Below are positions 1 to 8,203 of a stretch of DNA of 39,443 nt, piece by piece (position 1 is the first letter of the stretch; the number at the start of each line of letters is the position of its first letter). A model generated the notes under the pieces. The model had not been told where the DNA came from and did not search any database. It saw only the letters and a list, made by a program, of their open reading frames with translations. The position numbers and the translations under genes are program-made. The stretch spans positions 1 to 39,443 of the forward strand of contig JBKHIT010000046.1 in NCBI GenBank assembly GCA_046538485.1, given 5' to 3'. The DNA comes from Candidatus Brocadiia bacterium (GTDB lineage Bacteria; Planctomycetota; Brocadiia; SM23-32).

Positions 1-308
1 CCTGCATCATCTTCCACATCTTCGAGCAGGACTTCAACAGTATCGCCCACTTCAATGCTGTCGCGGTCGCGCCACTCGCGTATATCGACGACGCCTTCGC
101 TTTTGTAGCCGACATCGATCATCACTTCGTCGTCGGTAATGCTGACGACTCGGCCATCGAGAACAGTGTTGACGTGAAAATCTCGGACAGATTCATCCAG
201 CTTTTGTTCGAAATCTTCATTGCTGAGAGATTCAAGGCGTTCTTCAACCTCTTGATCTATTTCTTCTTTATCAATATTGAGTTCAGAAATTATGTCGCGT
301 CGACGCAT
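1..308 (-). CDS. rpsA: 30S ribosomal protein S1, N-terminal part (continues beyond window start)
   Basis: Manual translation from ATG at 308: MRRRDIISELNID...VLDGRVVSITDDEVMIDVGYKSEGVV, the S1 domain-1 signature (DVGYKSEG); lies downstream of cmk-plsC. Confidence 0.93.
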   Translation of the reverse strand, partial: MRRRDIISELNIDKEEIDQEVEERLESLSNEDFEQKLDESVRDFHVNTVLDGRVVSITDDEVMIDVGYKSEGVVDIREWRDRDSIEVGDTVEVLLEDVEDDA

Positions 309-380
309 CAGTTAGCCTTCGGTTAAAGAAAAGTATTAAAGCTTAAAAGTTGAAAGCAGAACGATTCCTCTGTTTCCACC

Positions 381-398
381 GGGTTTCTCCGGAAACCC
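381..398 (-). promoter_or_regulatory. Hairpin in plsC-rpsA spacer (possible rpsA leader or processing structure)
   Basis: Perfect 7-bp stem GGGTTTC-TCCG-GAAACCC; a second weak stem GCAGA/TCTGT at 356-373. Function is inferred. Confidence 0.4.
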
Positions 399-414
399 TT
401 GAAAAATTTTACAG

Positions 415-1083
415 TCACCCGTGTGACCTTTTAAAATCCATTTTCCGTCCCAAATAACTGTTAAGCTGGAATTGCATTGTTTGGATTTGGGCCGTGATCA
501 ATTTTGTCAATTCGTTTCCATTTTTCTGATCGGGCTGAATCGCGTTACCGTAGCGTACTGCCACCCATGCTGGGCGCGGTAGTTTTCGATTCCGCGGCCA
601 GCTCCGGAACGCGCCTTCGATGCATACGGGAATGACCGGCACATGGCAGCGTAGAGCAATCGATCCAATACCCGGTCTCATTTTTCGCAAATCGCCCGTT
701 TCGGTTCGTGTTCCTTCCGGGAATATCAGGAGCGGTTCACCGCTTCGCAAAACCTGCAACGTTGTGCGAATGGCGGTGCTATCAACTTTGCCTCTTCGGA
801 TCGGATGGGCGCCCAGGCGTCTTATCAACCAGCCCAATCCGGGTATTTCGAAAAGCCCCTGCTTGGCCAGGTAATGCACCGGGCGTTCAAGGCCTATTCC
901 CACCAGGACGGGATCCAAAAAACTCTGGTGATTTGATGCAAATAAGACCCCATCAAACCGGCTGATATCGGGCACATTAAAGTGCCTGACACCTGTAAGA
1001 CAGGTGATACCAGCAATTGAGGCGATCCGGCAAATCGAATACAAGAGGCTGTATGAATGTCGTTGCAGCCCAGAGCATTTCAT
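415..1083 (-). CDS. plsC: 1-acyl-sn-glycerol-3-phosphate acyltransferase (LPLAT family)
   Basis: NHQSFLD (HX4D) and IFPEGTR motifs; 4-nt overlap with the cmk stop. Confidence 0.92.
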   Translation of the reverse strand: MKCSGLQRHSYSLLYSICRIASIAGITCLTGVRHFNVPDISRFDGVLFASNHQSFLDPVLVGIGLERPVHYLAKQGLFEIPGLGWLIRRLGAHPIRRGKVDSTAIRTTLQVLRSGEPLLIFPEGTRTETGDLRKMRPGIGSIALRCHVPVIPVCIEGAFRSWPRNRKLPRPAWVAVRYGNAIQPDQKNGNELTKLITAQIQTMQFQLNSYLGRKMDFKRSHG

Positions 1084-1781
1084 AATCCGGGTTCCATTCG
1101 CTCTCCATCCTGAGAGCGCTTTTTGCGATAGCTGTGGACAGCTTCGACCATCCGGTCGACCACCTGATCCACGCTCAGGTTCGTACTGTCAACAAAAATC
1201 ATGTCTTCGGTGCGCTGTAATCGGCCGACAGGACGTATCGAGTCGGCTTGATCGCGAGCCTGGATATCCGTGAGAACCTCTTCAAATCGGGCATCATGTT
1301 CGTCCTTGGACCGATCTTTCAAACGTCGACGAGCTCTCGTTTCTTCGGAAGCATCCAGGTAAAATTTTACATCCGCATCGGGAAAAACTTCTGTTCCCTG
1401 ATCCCGACCTTCCGCCACAATGTCGCGATCTCGAGCGTATGCGCGTTGTTTTTCAATCAGAGCCCGACGTGCCGCCGGTTCATCCGCCAGCGGTTTAACC
1501 CGCGCCGTAATCTCCGGTTTCCGGATCTCTTGAGTGACGTCTTGTCCGTCGCAAATAACTCGCCGTTCGCCATCTTGTTTCTTAAATTTTATGTCTGCAT
1601 TTCGAGCTGCTCCGGCCAGTTCTTGGCGGGAGGAAAAGTCAACATCCTCCTGAAGAGCTTTCCACGTTGCAGCTCTATACGTCGCGCCGGTGTCGAGAAA
1701 ATCAAATCCCAGTCTCTCAGCAAGTTTTCTGGAAACAGTGCTCTTGCCGGCAGCTGCCGGCCCGTCGATTGTGATAATCAC
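1080..1781 (-). CDS. cmk: Cytidylate kinase
   Basis: ITIDGPAAAGKST P-loop, LDTGATYRA, VAEGRDQGT, KFYLDAS, RD..DS.R motifs; GTG start. Confidence 0.96.
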   Translation of the reverse strand: MIITIDGPAAAGKSTVSRKLAERLGFDFLDTGATYRAATWKALQEDVDFSSRQELAGAARNADIKFKKQDGERRVICDGQDVTQEIRKPEITARVKPLADEPAARRALIEKQRAYARDRDIVAEGRDQGTEVFPDADVKFYLDASEETRARRRLKDRSKDEHDARFEEVLTDIQARDQADSIRPVGRLQRTEDMIFVDSTNLSVDQVVDRMVEAVHSYRKKRSQDGERMEPGL

Positions 1782-2133
1782 AGTTCCAATCTCTCGCCGG
1801 AAGACGGGGTTTTTTTCTCACGGCATTCTTCAAGCCCTTCCATAATGCTTTTGAAACGCTGATCATGGAGAGCCGCACAAGTAGGGAAATCATATCAGAA
1901 ATTCCTTTTGTTCGCAACTTCCCATGAGTATTCAATTTCCAACGGAAGACTTTGCAAATTCTGCGCTTGGGAAAAATCAGCGCGGTTGCGGATGTGGAGA
2001 AAAGCTGCGAGAAGAGAGCACATGTCCAGCCCGGATTTTTGGCTGAGAAGGGGTATGAACGGTCTTCAATAAAGATTCTACCCTGATTTGGCAAGAATGG
2101 CTTCCAATTATCCGTAAAATCCGGGCCAGTCGT

Positions 2134-2163
2134 TGGACAGCACGCCAGTTTTGCTATTAAAAT
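2134..2163 (+). promoter_or_regulatory. Candidate sigma70 promoter for moxR-FAH
   Basis: TGGACA (2134-2139), 18-nt spacer, TAAAAT (2158-2163), upstream of SD GGAGGTG at 2187-2193. Confidence 0.4.
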
Positions 2164-2198
2164 TAGCTTCTCAGAATTTATTTATTGGAGGTGATGAA

Positions 2199-3212
2199 TT
2201 GAGCGCCGACGAGAGTCAGTTCGCCGCCCGTTTGGAAGAGTTCAGCCAGCAGGTGGACGATATCCTTACTGAGATCCGAAAGGCCATTTTTGGGCAGGAT
2301 AAGGTTTTGCGACAACTGCTGGCAACGGTTTTTGCTCGCGGACATTGCCTTTTGATTGGTGTGCCGGGTCTGGCGAAAACCATGATGGTGCGGACGCTCG
2401 CCGAGATTACATCCCTCAGTTTCAAACGCATCCAATTCACTCCCGACCTGATGCCGAGCGATATTACCGGCACGAATATCATCGATGAAAGCACGGGCAA
2501 GCGGGAATTTCGCTTTATGCCCGGTCCCATATTTGCGCACATCGTTTTGTCCGACGAGATTAACCGGGCCCCTCCGAAAACCCAGTCTGCTTTGCTCGAA
2601 GCTATGCAGGAAAAACAGGTGAGCGTGGGCGAAACGACCTACGATTTACCCCGGCCGTTTGTGGTTGTCGCGACCCAGAATCCTATCGAGATGGAAGGAA
2701 CTTATCCTCTGCCGGAGGCGCAGCTGGACCGTTTCATGTTTAACGTCCAGATCGGCTATCCCCAGGAGGAAGTCGAGGAGAAAATACTTGAGGAAACGAC
2801 GCAGGGACAACGACAGGCGTTGTCTCAGGTGATCGACGCGCAGGCACTCCTGAATATGCAAAAAGTTGTTGAGGAAATTGTGGCCTCCCGCTACGTCATC
2901 AAGTATGTTTCTCATCTCGTGAGGGCTTCCCGCCCGGAATCGGATGCCGCCCCCAATTTCGTCAAGGAGATGATAGAGTGGGGGGTAGGGCCACGTGCGG
3001 GCCAGTATCTCATCCTCGGTGCAAAGGCCATGGCGGCAATGGATGGTCGGTTGAATGTGGCAATTGAGGATATCCGCGATGTAGCCATCCCGGTTATGCG
3101 ACACCGGATTGCCTGTAATTTTCAAGCTCAGGCCGAAGGCGTTGATAGCACGGATATCGTGCGCAAATTGCTCGAAAATGTGCCGGAACCAGAGATCCCA
3201 AAATATGAGTGA
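2199..3212 (+). CDS. moxR: MoxR-family AAA+ ATPase
   Basis: GHCLLIGVPGLAKT Walker A, RIQFTPDLMPSDITG, DEINRAPPKTQSALLEAMQE, ATQNPIEMEGTYPLPEAQLDRF. Start moved from 2133 to the in-frame TTG at 2199, which follows a strong SD GGAGGTG. Confidence 0.95.
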   Translation: MSADESQFAARLEEFSQQVDDILTEIRKAIFGQDKVLRQLLATVFARGHCLLIGVPGLAKTMMVRTLAEITSLSFKRIQFTPDLMPSDITGTNIIDESTGKREFRFMPGPIFAHIVLSDEINRAPPKTQSALLEAMQEKQVSVGETTYDLPRPFVVVATQNPIEMEGTYPLPEAQLDRFMFNVQIGYPQEEVEEKILEETTQGQRQALSQVIDAQALLNMQKVVEEIVASRYVIKYVSHLVRASRPESDAAPNFVKEMIEWGVGPRAGQYLILGAKAMAAMDGRLNVAIEDIRDVAIPVMRHRIACNFQAQAEGVDSTDIVRKLLENVPEPEIPKYE

Positions 3213-3215
3213 GAG

Positions 3216-4085
3216 ATGAAACTTGTCACTTTTGACTGTAACAATGGGCCCCACCCCGGTGTTTTGCTCGGCGATGATTTGCTTCTGGATCTGAGTGCGG
3301 CTTCAGGCGGGGCGTTTCGTTCAGTGAGAACTATTCTGGAAAAGGAGCGGGCGCTGCAGGAGGTTAAGGCGCTCTCCGTGGCAGAAGATTTCGATCCGTC
3401 CGCGCAGTTTCGGTTATCCGAGGTGAAACTGCGGGCGCCGATTCTCCGTCCCGGCAAAATCGTTTGCCTGGGGCTGAATTACCGCGATCATGCCGCTGAG
3501 AGCGATAGCGAGGTGCCGGGGGAGCCCGTAATTTTTTGCAAAGCGCCGACCAGCGTCATTGGGCCCGAAGATGAAATCCAGCTCCCTGAAGCTTCTGAAA
3601 ATGTCGATTACGAGGTAGAATTAGCCTTTGTGATGGGTAAAAAAGCCAAGCTGGTGTCGGCCAAACAGGCCATGAATTTCGTCGCGGGTTACTCCATCCT
3701 CTGTGACGTAAGTGCACGGGATTACCAGCATGAAAAACCGGGCGGGCAATGGTATCTGGGGAAATCATTCGATACATTTTGTCCTCTCGGGCCGTGGATC
3801 GTTACCTGCGATGAAATCGGGGATCCTCATAATTTAGCTCTGAGCTGCCGTGTCAGTGGCGAGGTCATGCAGTCTTCAAGTACTTCACAAATGGTCTTCG
3901 GCATTCCGGAGATTATCGCATATCTGACGCGGGTTTTTACGCTCGAGCCAGGGGATGTGGTGGCAACAGGGACCCCCGCGGGTGTTGGTGCGGCTCGCAT
4001 CCCGCCGCGGTTCCTGCGCGATGGCGATACTGTCGAGTGTGAAGTGGAGGGGATTGGGAAACTGAAAGTGCCGGTCAGAGTTTGA
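3216..4085 (+). CDS. Fumarylacetoacetate hydrolase (FAH) family protein
   Basis: KIVCLGLNYRDH, DYEVELA, DVSARD, GKSFDTFCPLGP, LEPGDVVATGTPAGVG motifs. Confidence 0.93.
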   Translation: MKLVTFDCNNGPHPGVLLGDDLLLDLSAASGGAFRSVRTILEKERALQEVKALSVAEDFDPSAQFRLSEVKLRAPILRPGKIVCLGLNYRDHAAESDSEVPGEPVIFCKAPTSVIGPEDEIQLPEASENVDYEVELAFVMGKKAKLVSAKQAMNFVAGYSILCDVSARDYQHEKPGGQWYLGKSFDTFCPLGPWIVTCDEIGDPHNLALSCRVSGEVMQSSSTSQMVFGIPEIIAYLTRVFTLEPGDVVATGTPAGVGAARIPPRFLRDGDTVECEVEGIGKLKVPVRV

Positions 4086-4284
4086 TGTAATCCTCGGCTG
4101 GGTCAGCGGGGTTCTTTCTGGAGGGAACGTCCGATAGCTAAACCGGCGAATACCGAGTAGCCAGCGTGGGAAGGTTCTGCCAGGGGAGTGAGGATTATTT
4201 CCTGCCATTGGTAGTATGACGAATTTGCGCTGTGCCTGTTAACGCGAGTATTATTGCCGACTATTGAGGGGAATAGAAAATCCT

Positions 4285-6204
4285 CTATTTTTGGGCGTTC
4301 TTTAATGCAGGCACGGCGACCCATCGTATGGAATTAACCATCAGTTTTACACCGTCCATACCGTGTTCCTCATCCAGGATATTGGGCATGCCAGCAAACA
4401 CCACAACACGTCCTTTTCCTGCCTGTCGGCCGACCACAAGGGGAACTGGGTGCATTTTGGTTAACTTTGTGCGGACATATTTGGAACTTTTTAAAAGCCA
4501 CATGCTTTTTGGGGCGAGAATAGCTGAGCAAGTAGTACGAAACTCAACTTTGTCAAGCCCTTCCGTAATGGGGTGACGTTGTGCCGGGATGCCGGGAACC
4601 CTGTAATGGGAGTGGGGTGCTTTTCGACTCACTTCCATCCGGTCGGCCTTTATTTCGATCTTAAACTGACTGAGCAATGGGTTGAAAGGATTGTCTCTGT
4701 TATCTTTTTCAATGACGCGCCAGTGCGCTCTGAATAAGAGGCCGCCGCCATTGCTGACAAAATGGGTGATGCTTTTCACTTCCTCTTTTTTGAAGGGAGC
4801 GATAAAGTCACCCGAACCAGGATCCATGATGACAAGGACGGCTGCTTCTGAGAGTTTTTCTTTTGTTGGTGATTCACGAAGATTGCGGGTTTGTAGACCA
4901 AGCTTTTTGAGGGGACCGCTGATCTCCTTAGGAAACCATTCTCCGCGGTGCCGATCGATGAGAACTATGGGCTTACGTTCACTGTCGGTGCCACTCAGCT
5001 CTTCCCGTTTTTCTTCGCTTTCTTTTCTTTTCTCGTCATTTTTCGCAACTCGGCGGGCTTTTCTCTGCGCGGCGGCCCAAAGCTGTTCTGATTCAATAAA
5101 ACTCTTCGCTTCCGTCACGTTATAACCTGCTTTGGCGGCGAGGCGGAGCGACTTAATGGCATCTTTAAATTCTCCTTCCATCGCGTAGATGACGGCGAAG
5201 AGTGCCTGATTTGCGCCCTTATCAGGGCTGTATTCTCCCGCAGCGAGTTTGATTACCCTGTCGATATGGATTTTGTCCAAATCGATTTGCCGGGCACTTC
5301 TTGCCCCCATATCGAGGGTGATGTGAGCGCTCGTTACCGATAGCACTTTTCCCGTTACGTTTATACCTCCGCTGAGTGGGAGGGGATAATTTTGCCCCAC
5401 TTTTCGTTTTAACGCTTCGTAACCCGCTTTTGTTATTTCTTTGGCTTTTTTGATATAACGCCGGTCACGTGTGATTCGAGCCTGGTACTTCTGCATTTCT
5501 TCTTTTCGGCCCATTCGGTTGTTGGTGGCCAGGGCTCTATCATATTTCCGTTCCCGGAGCAATTCGCGAACAGGTTGGAAGGCCTGTGCTTCGGGCATTT
5601 CGTCGGGCAACGGCACTTCGTCCTCGTCAAAGTCTTCCCATTCCAGTTCTTTTTCTCCTCCTGTGGTCCCACTGAGCCACCCGGCCTCTTCGAGTTCTCC
5701 TTTTACGACCTGTTTTTTCCCTGCAGCTACTGACACCTGCGTGACCATGGGCCGATACCCATCTTGAGAAACTTTGACGTGGTGAGTTTTGGCCTGCAAG
5801 TTTGTAATACGGCAGGGTGACTTGCCAAACGGCACGTGGTCAACCGTTACTTTCGCGCCCGTTGGTTCGACAAGTACGATGATATTACCGACGTTTTTGA
5901 GGGGAGCTAACTTCACTTCCACTTTTTCGACCTTATTCGCTTTCACAGTCACCGTTTTGTGAGCGGTTCCGCGGCCTTCTTTCATGACCTTAAGTTGGAT
6001 TTCGCCGATTCCCACATCGGCGATACCGCAGGGAGTAACCCCTTTTAGCTGCCCTCCGATGTAGACGCGCGCGCCTTCAGGCTTGCTCTCGACGTAGAGA
6101 CCACCCACCAGTCCTTCGGCAGCCGCGGCGGGTCGACATGAAACAGCGAAGGCCAATAAAACGCCAAAAATTAACGCGAAAGTGAGATTCTTTTCAGCGA
6201 ACAT
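4285..6204 (-). CDS. Exported PEGA-domain protein with C-terminal glutamine-amidotransferase-like (DUF4350/ThuA-like) domain
   Basis: Signal peptide after ATG 6204 (SD-like GGAGTAGAGG upstream); two PEGA repeats (LYVESKPEGARVYIGG..GVTP; IIVLVEPTGAKVTVD..GKSP); C-terminal FVSNGGGLL..HPITEGL..GKGRVVVF pattern. Confidence 0.75.
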   Translation of the reverse strand: MFAEKNLTFALIFGVLLAFAVSCRPAAAAEGLVGGLYVESKPEGARVYIGGQLKGVTPCGIADVGIGEIQLKVMKEGRGTAHKTVTVKANKVEKVEVKLAPLKNVGNIIVLVEPTGAKVTVDHVPFGKSPCRITNLQAKTHHVKVSQDGYRPMVTQVSVAAGKKQVVKGELEEAGWLSGTTGGEKELEWEDFDEDEVPLPDEMPEAQAFQPVRELLRERKYDRALATNNRMGRKEEMQKYQARITRDRRYIKKAKEITKAGYEALKRKVGQNYPLPLSGGINVTGKVLSVTSAHITLDMGARSARQIDLDKIHIDRVIKLAAGEYSPDKGANQALFAVIYAMEGEFKDAIKSLRLAAKAGYNVTEAKSFIESEQLWAAAQRKARRVAKNDEKRKESEEKREELSGTDSERKPIVLIDRHRGEWFPKEISGPLKKLGLQTRNLRESPTKEKLSEAAVLVIMDPGSGDFIAPFKKEEVKSITHFVSNGGGLLFRAHWRVIEKDNRDNPFNPLLSQFKIEIKADRMEVSRKAPHSHYRVPGIPAQRHPITEGLDKVEFRTTCSAILAPKSMWLLKSSKYVRTKLTKMHPVPLVVGRQAGKGRVVVFAGMPNILDEEHGMDGVKLMVNSIRWVAVPALKNAQK

Positions 6205-6284
6205 GTCCTCTACTCCAGAGAAAAGTTGGTTGTGTGTCGGACTCAATTCGGGAGACACCTCCCCCCCCCGCAATCCAATTATGT

Positions 6285-6313
6285 ATTATACCATAGCTTC
6301 ATCGGAGAGCCAA
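6285..6313 (-). promoter_or_regulatory. Sigma70 promoter with extended -10 for the PEGA gene
   Basis: Minus strand TTGGCT (6313-6308), 17-nt spacer ending TGG, perfect TATAAT (6290-6285). Confidence 0.7.
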
Positions 6314-6324
6314 CATATTTTCCA

Positions 6325-7332
6325 TCAACGTACATGGCGGATCATTTCGGCCGCGAGGCGGATTGCTTCCACCAAAGAATGCTCTTTTGCAACTCCCATG
6401 CCAGCAATGTCATACGCCGTCCCGTGGCCAGGGCTTGTACGCACGAATGGCAGACGCAGAGTGATGTTGACGACGAAATCAAGCCCAGAGAGCTTGATCG
6501 GTATCATTCCCTGATCATGGTAAAGAGCGATAACACCGTCGAATTTGCTCTCAAGAGCCTTGGCAAAAAGGGTATCGGAGGGCAATGGGCCTGTAGCGTC
6601 AATACCTTTTGAGCCCATTTCCTCCATAGCTGGTTCCAGGATTCGTTCTTCTTCATCCCCGAACCGCCCGCGATCACCTGCATGGGGATTGAGCGCGCAG
6701 ACAGCAATCGAGGGATCCGAGATAATAAAATACCGTTCCAGCGCATCCGAAAGCGCCCCTCCAGTGTAGGAAATTCCGATACTCGTGAGTGATTTCGCTA
6801 CATCTCGAAGGGGTAGATGTGTCGTGACAAATGCCACTCTCAGATCTCCATTTACGAGCAGCATCACGGGTCGGGCGGTATCGGTGAGGTCCCCGAGCAT
6901 TTCCGTATGACCGGGGAAAGAACTTCCGGCAGCCCCGATTGCGTTTTTGTTGATCGGGGCGGTGACCAACCCGTCAGCCAGCCCATTCTGTATTTGTTCA
7001 ACGGCGTAGCGAATGTACTCTAAACTTGCTTTTCCGCTTCCCGCGGATGCCGAACGATTTGTCTGTTTCGAGAGGCTGAAGTTGTCGAGGTCAATAACGC
7101 CCCTTCCCCCCGGCTTTTGGCAGGGTCCTTCTAAAGTCTTTGGGGCGGAGGGAAGTTGGAGCGTCCGGGATTCGTAGTCGAGCGTATCCCGGCTCCCCAC
7201 GATGGTGATGGCGGGATTACCGGAGATTGGGGCCTTCGAAATCGCTTTCAGGCATATTTCGGGTCCGATTCCACAGGGATCTCCCATTGTCAGCAGCAGA
7301 CGAATTGGTTTTTGTTCTGCCAGGATTTTCAG
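6325..7332 (-). CDS. pdxA: 4-hydroxythreonine-4-phosphate dehydrogenase family (PdxA/PdxA2)
   Basis: TMGDPCGIGPEI, VTAPINK, GHTE, TTHLPL, LNPHAGD, GPLPSDTLF, LYHDQG, RTSPGHGTAYDIAG. Start extended from 7287 to a putative CTG at 7332 (see findings). Confidence 0.92.
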   Translation of the reverse strand: MKILAEQKPIRLLLTMGDPCGIGPEICLKAISKAPISGNPAITIVGSRDTLDYESRTLQLPSAPKTLEGPCQKPGGRGVIDLDNFSLSKQTNRSASAGSGKASLEYIRYAVEQIQNGLADGLVTAPINKNAIGAAGSSFPGHTEMLGDLTDTARPVMLLVNGDLRVAFVTTHLPLRDVAKSLTSIGISYTGGALSDALERYFIISDPSIAVCALNPHAGDRGRFGDEEERILEPAMEEMGSKGIDATGPLPSDTLFAKALESKFDGVIALYHDQGMIPIKLSGLDFVVNITLRLPFVRTSPGHGTAYDIAGMGVAKEHSLVEAIRLAAEMIRHVR

Positions 7333-7976
7333 CCTTCCTCCCTCAGCACGTCGATGTCGATTTTGTTTTTATCAGAGGTTTGATTTTGCTGCTGGCGAAC
7401 ATACCGTTGAACCAGCTTTGCGACCATATCGCACTCTATATTGAGTTCGTCGCCCGTGGTACGCTCGCTAAAATTTGTCTTATCCAAAGTGTGGGGTATC
7501 AGGCTGACCTGGAATTCTCCGGGGCGAAGCGCAGCAATTGTGAGGCTGACACCGTCCACCGCTACGCTGCCTTTCAGGATCATTTGATCTGTTAACTCGG
7601 GAGGGACCTGGACGACGAGACGTGTTTCACCGGGATGATTCTGCAGGTGTTTGACCCGCCCGAGGCCATCCACGTGGCCGGTGACGAAGTGGCCGCCGAA
7701 ACGGTCCGTGGGGCGAAGGGCTAATTCGATGTTAACTTTGGCCCGAGATGACAGATTCCCGAGGTTAGTAAGGCGCAGAGTCTCGGCCGAGATATCGAAA
7801 TTTGCCACTGTATTTTCGACCGTGGTGGCCGTGAGACAAACGCCGTTAACCAGCACGCTATCACCGGGCTTTATTTCCCGGGCAATCGCATCGAGTTTCA
7901 GAGTAAGTCGTGCTGTTTGCCCCTTATTTTGAAGCGTTTTTACCTGAGCCACTTTCTGCACAATGCCCGTAAACAT
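7329..7976 (-). CDS. ribE: Riboflavin synthase (alpha chain)
   Basis: Invariant N-terminus MFTGIV at ATG 7976, GDSVLVNGVCLT, GGHFVTGHVDG, KGSVAVDGVSLT, NIECD. Confidence 0.96.
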   Translation of the reverse strand: MFTGIVQKVAQVKTLQNKGQTARLTLKLDAIAREIKPGDSVLVNGVCLTATTVENTVANFDISAETLRLTNLGNLSSRAKVNIELALRPTDRFGGHFVTGHVDGLGRVKHLQNHPGETRLVVQVPPELTDQMILKGSVAVDGVSLTIAALRPGEFQVSLIPHTLDKTNFSERTTGDELNIECDMVAKLVQRYVRQQQNQTSDKNKIDIDVLREEG

Positions 7977-8009
7977 AACATGTACTCCAGAGTGATAGAA
8001 GAGACAACA

Positions 8010-8038
8010 ATTATGACATGCCCGGCGTGGACCGTCAA
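8010..8038 (-). promoter_or_regulatory. Sigma70 promoter for ribE-pdxA
   Basis: Minus strand TTGACG (8038-8033), 17-nt spacer ending TGT, CATAAT (8015-8010); supports the 7976 start. Confidence 0.65.
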
Positions 8039-8203
8039 AGCGGGAATGCGAGCTCTGAAAACTCACCGAAGAGAGATCTGCCGCACTTTTGAAACGTCAG
8101 TCACAATTTCGGTTTCGCCTGATGCTGATCTGTCCGCTATACTGGGAATGGTGTAAGATATAATCAGGCGAAGCGTCTCGATGGAAAAGTTCTGGAGATG
8201 TAG

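Noticed and set aside
1717..2094. 125-aa minus-strand ORF and other short spacer ORFs (4103-4324, 19360-19659, 26531-26782)
   Set aside because: No recognisable motifs or RBS, and they overlap promoters or IR structures.
4130..4170. c-di-GMP-I riboswitch-like segment CTAAA...TAGCCAGC
   Set aside because: Lacks the GGCAAA and GCAAAGC core and lies 3' of convergent genes.
6380..6480. pdxA as a pseudogene because of TLRLP and SPGHG in place of the usual TLGLP and SPDHG
   Set aside because: The frame is intact and the metal-binding histidines are retained; two substitutions are not enough without an alignment.
1848..8096. Identical 11-mer CTTTTGAAACG at 1848-1858 and 8086-8096
   Set aside because: One AT-rich 11-mer pair in about 3 kb of intergenic DNA is expected by chance, and there is no palindromic partner.
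7977..8203. FMN riboswitch upstream of ribE
   Set aside because: No FMN consensus segments, and the promoter at 8010-8038 leaves a leader of only about 30 nt.
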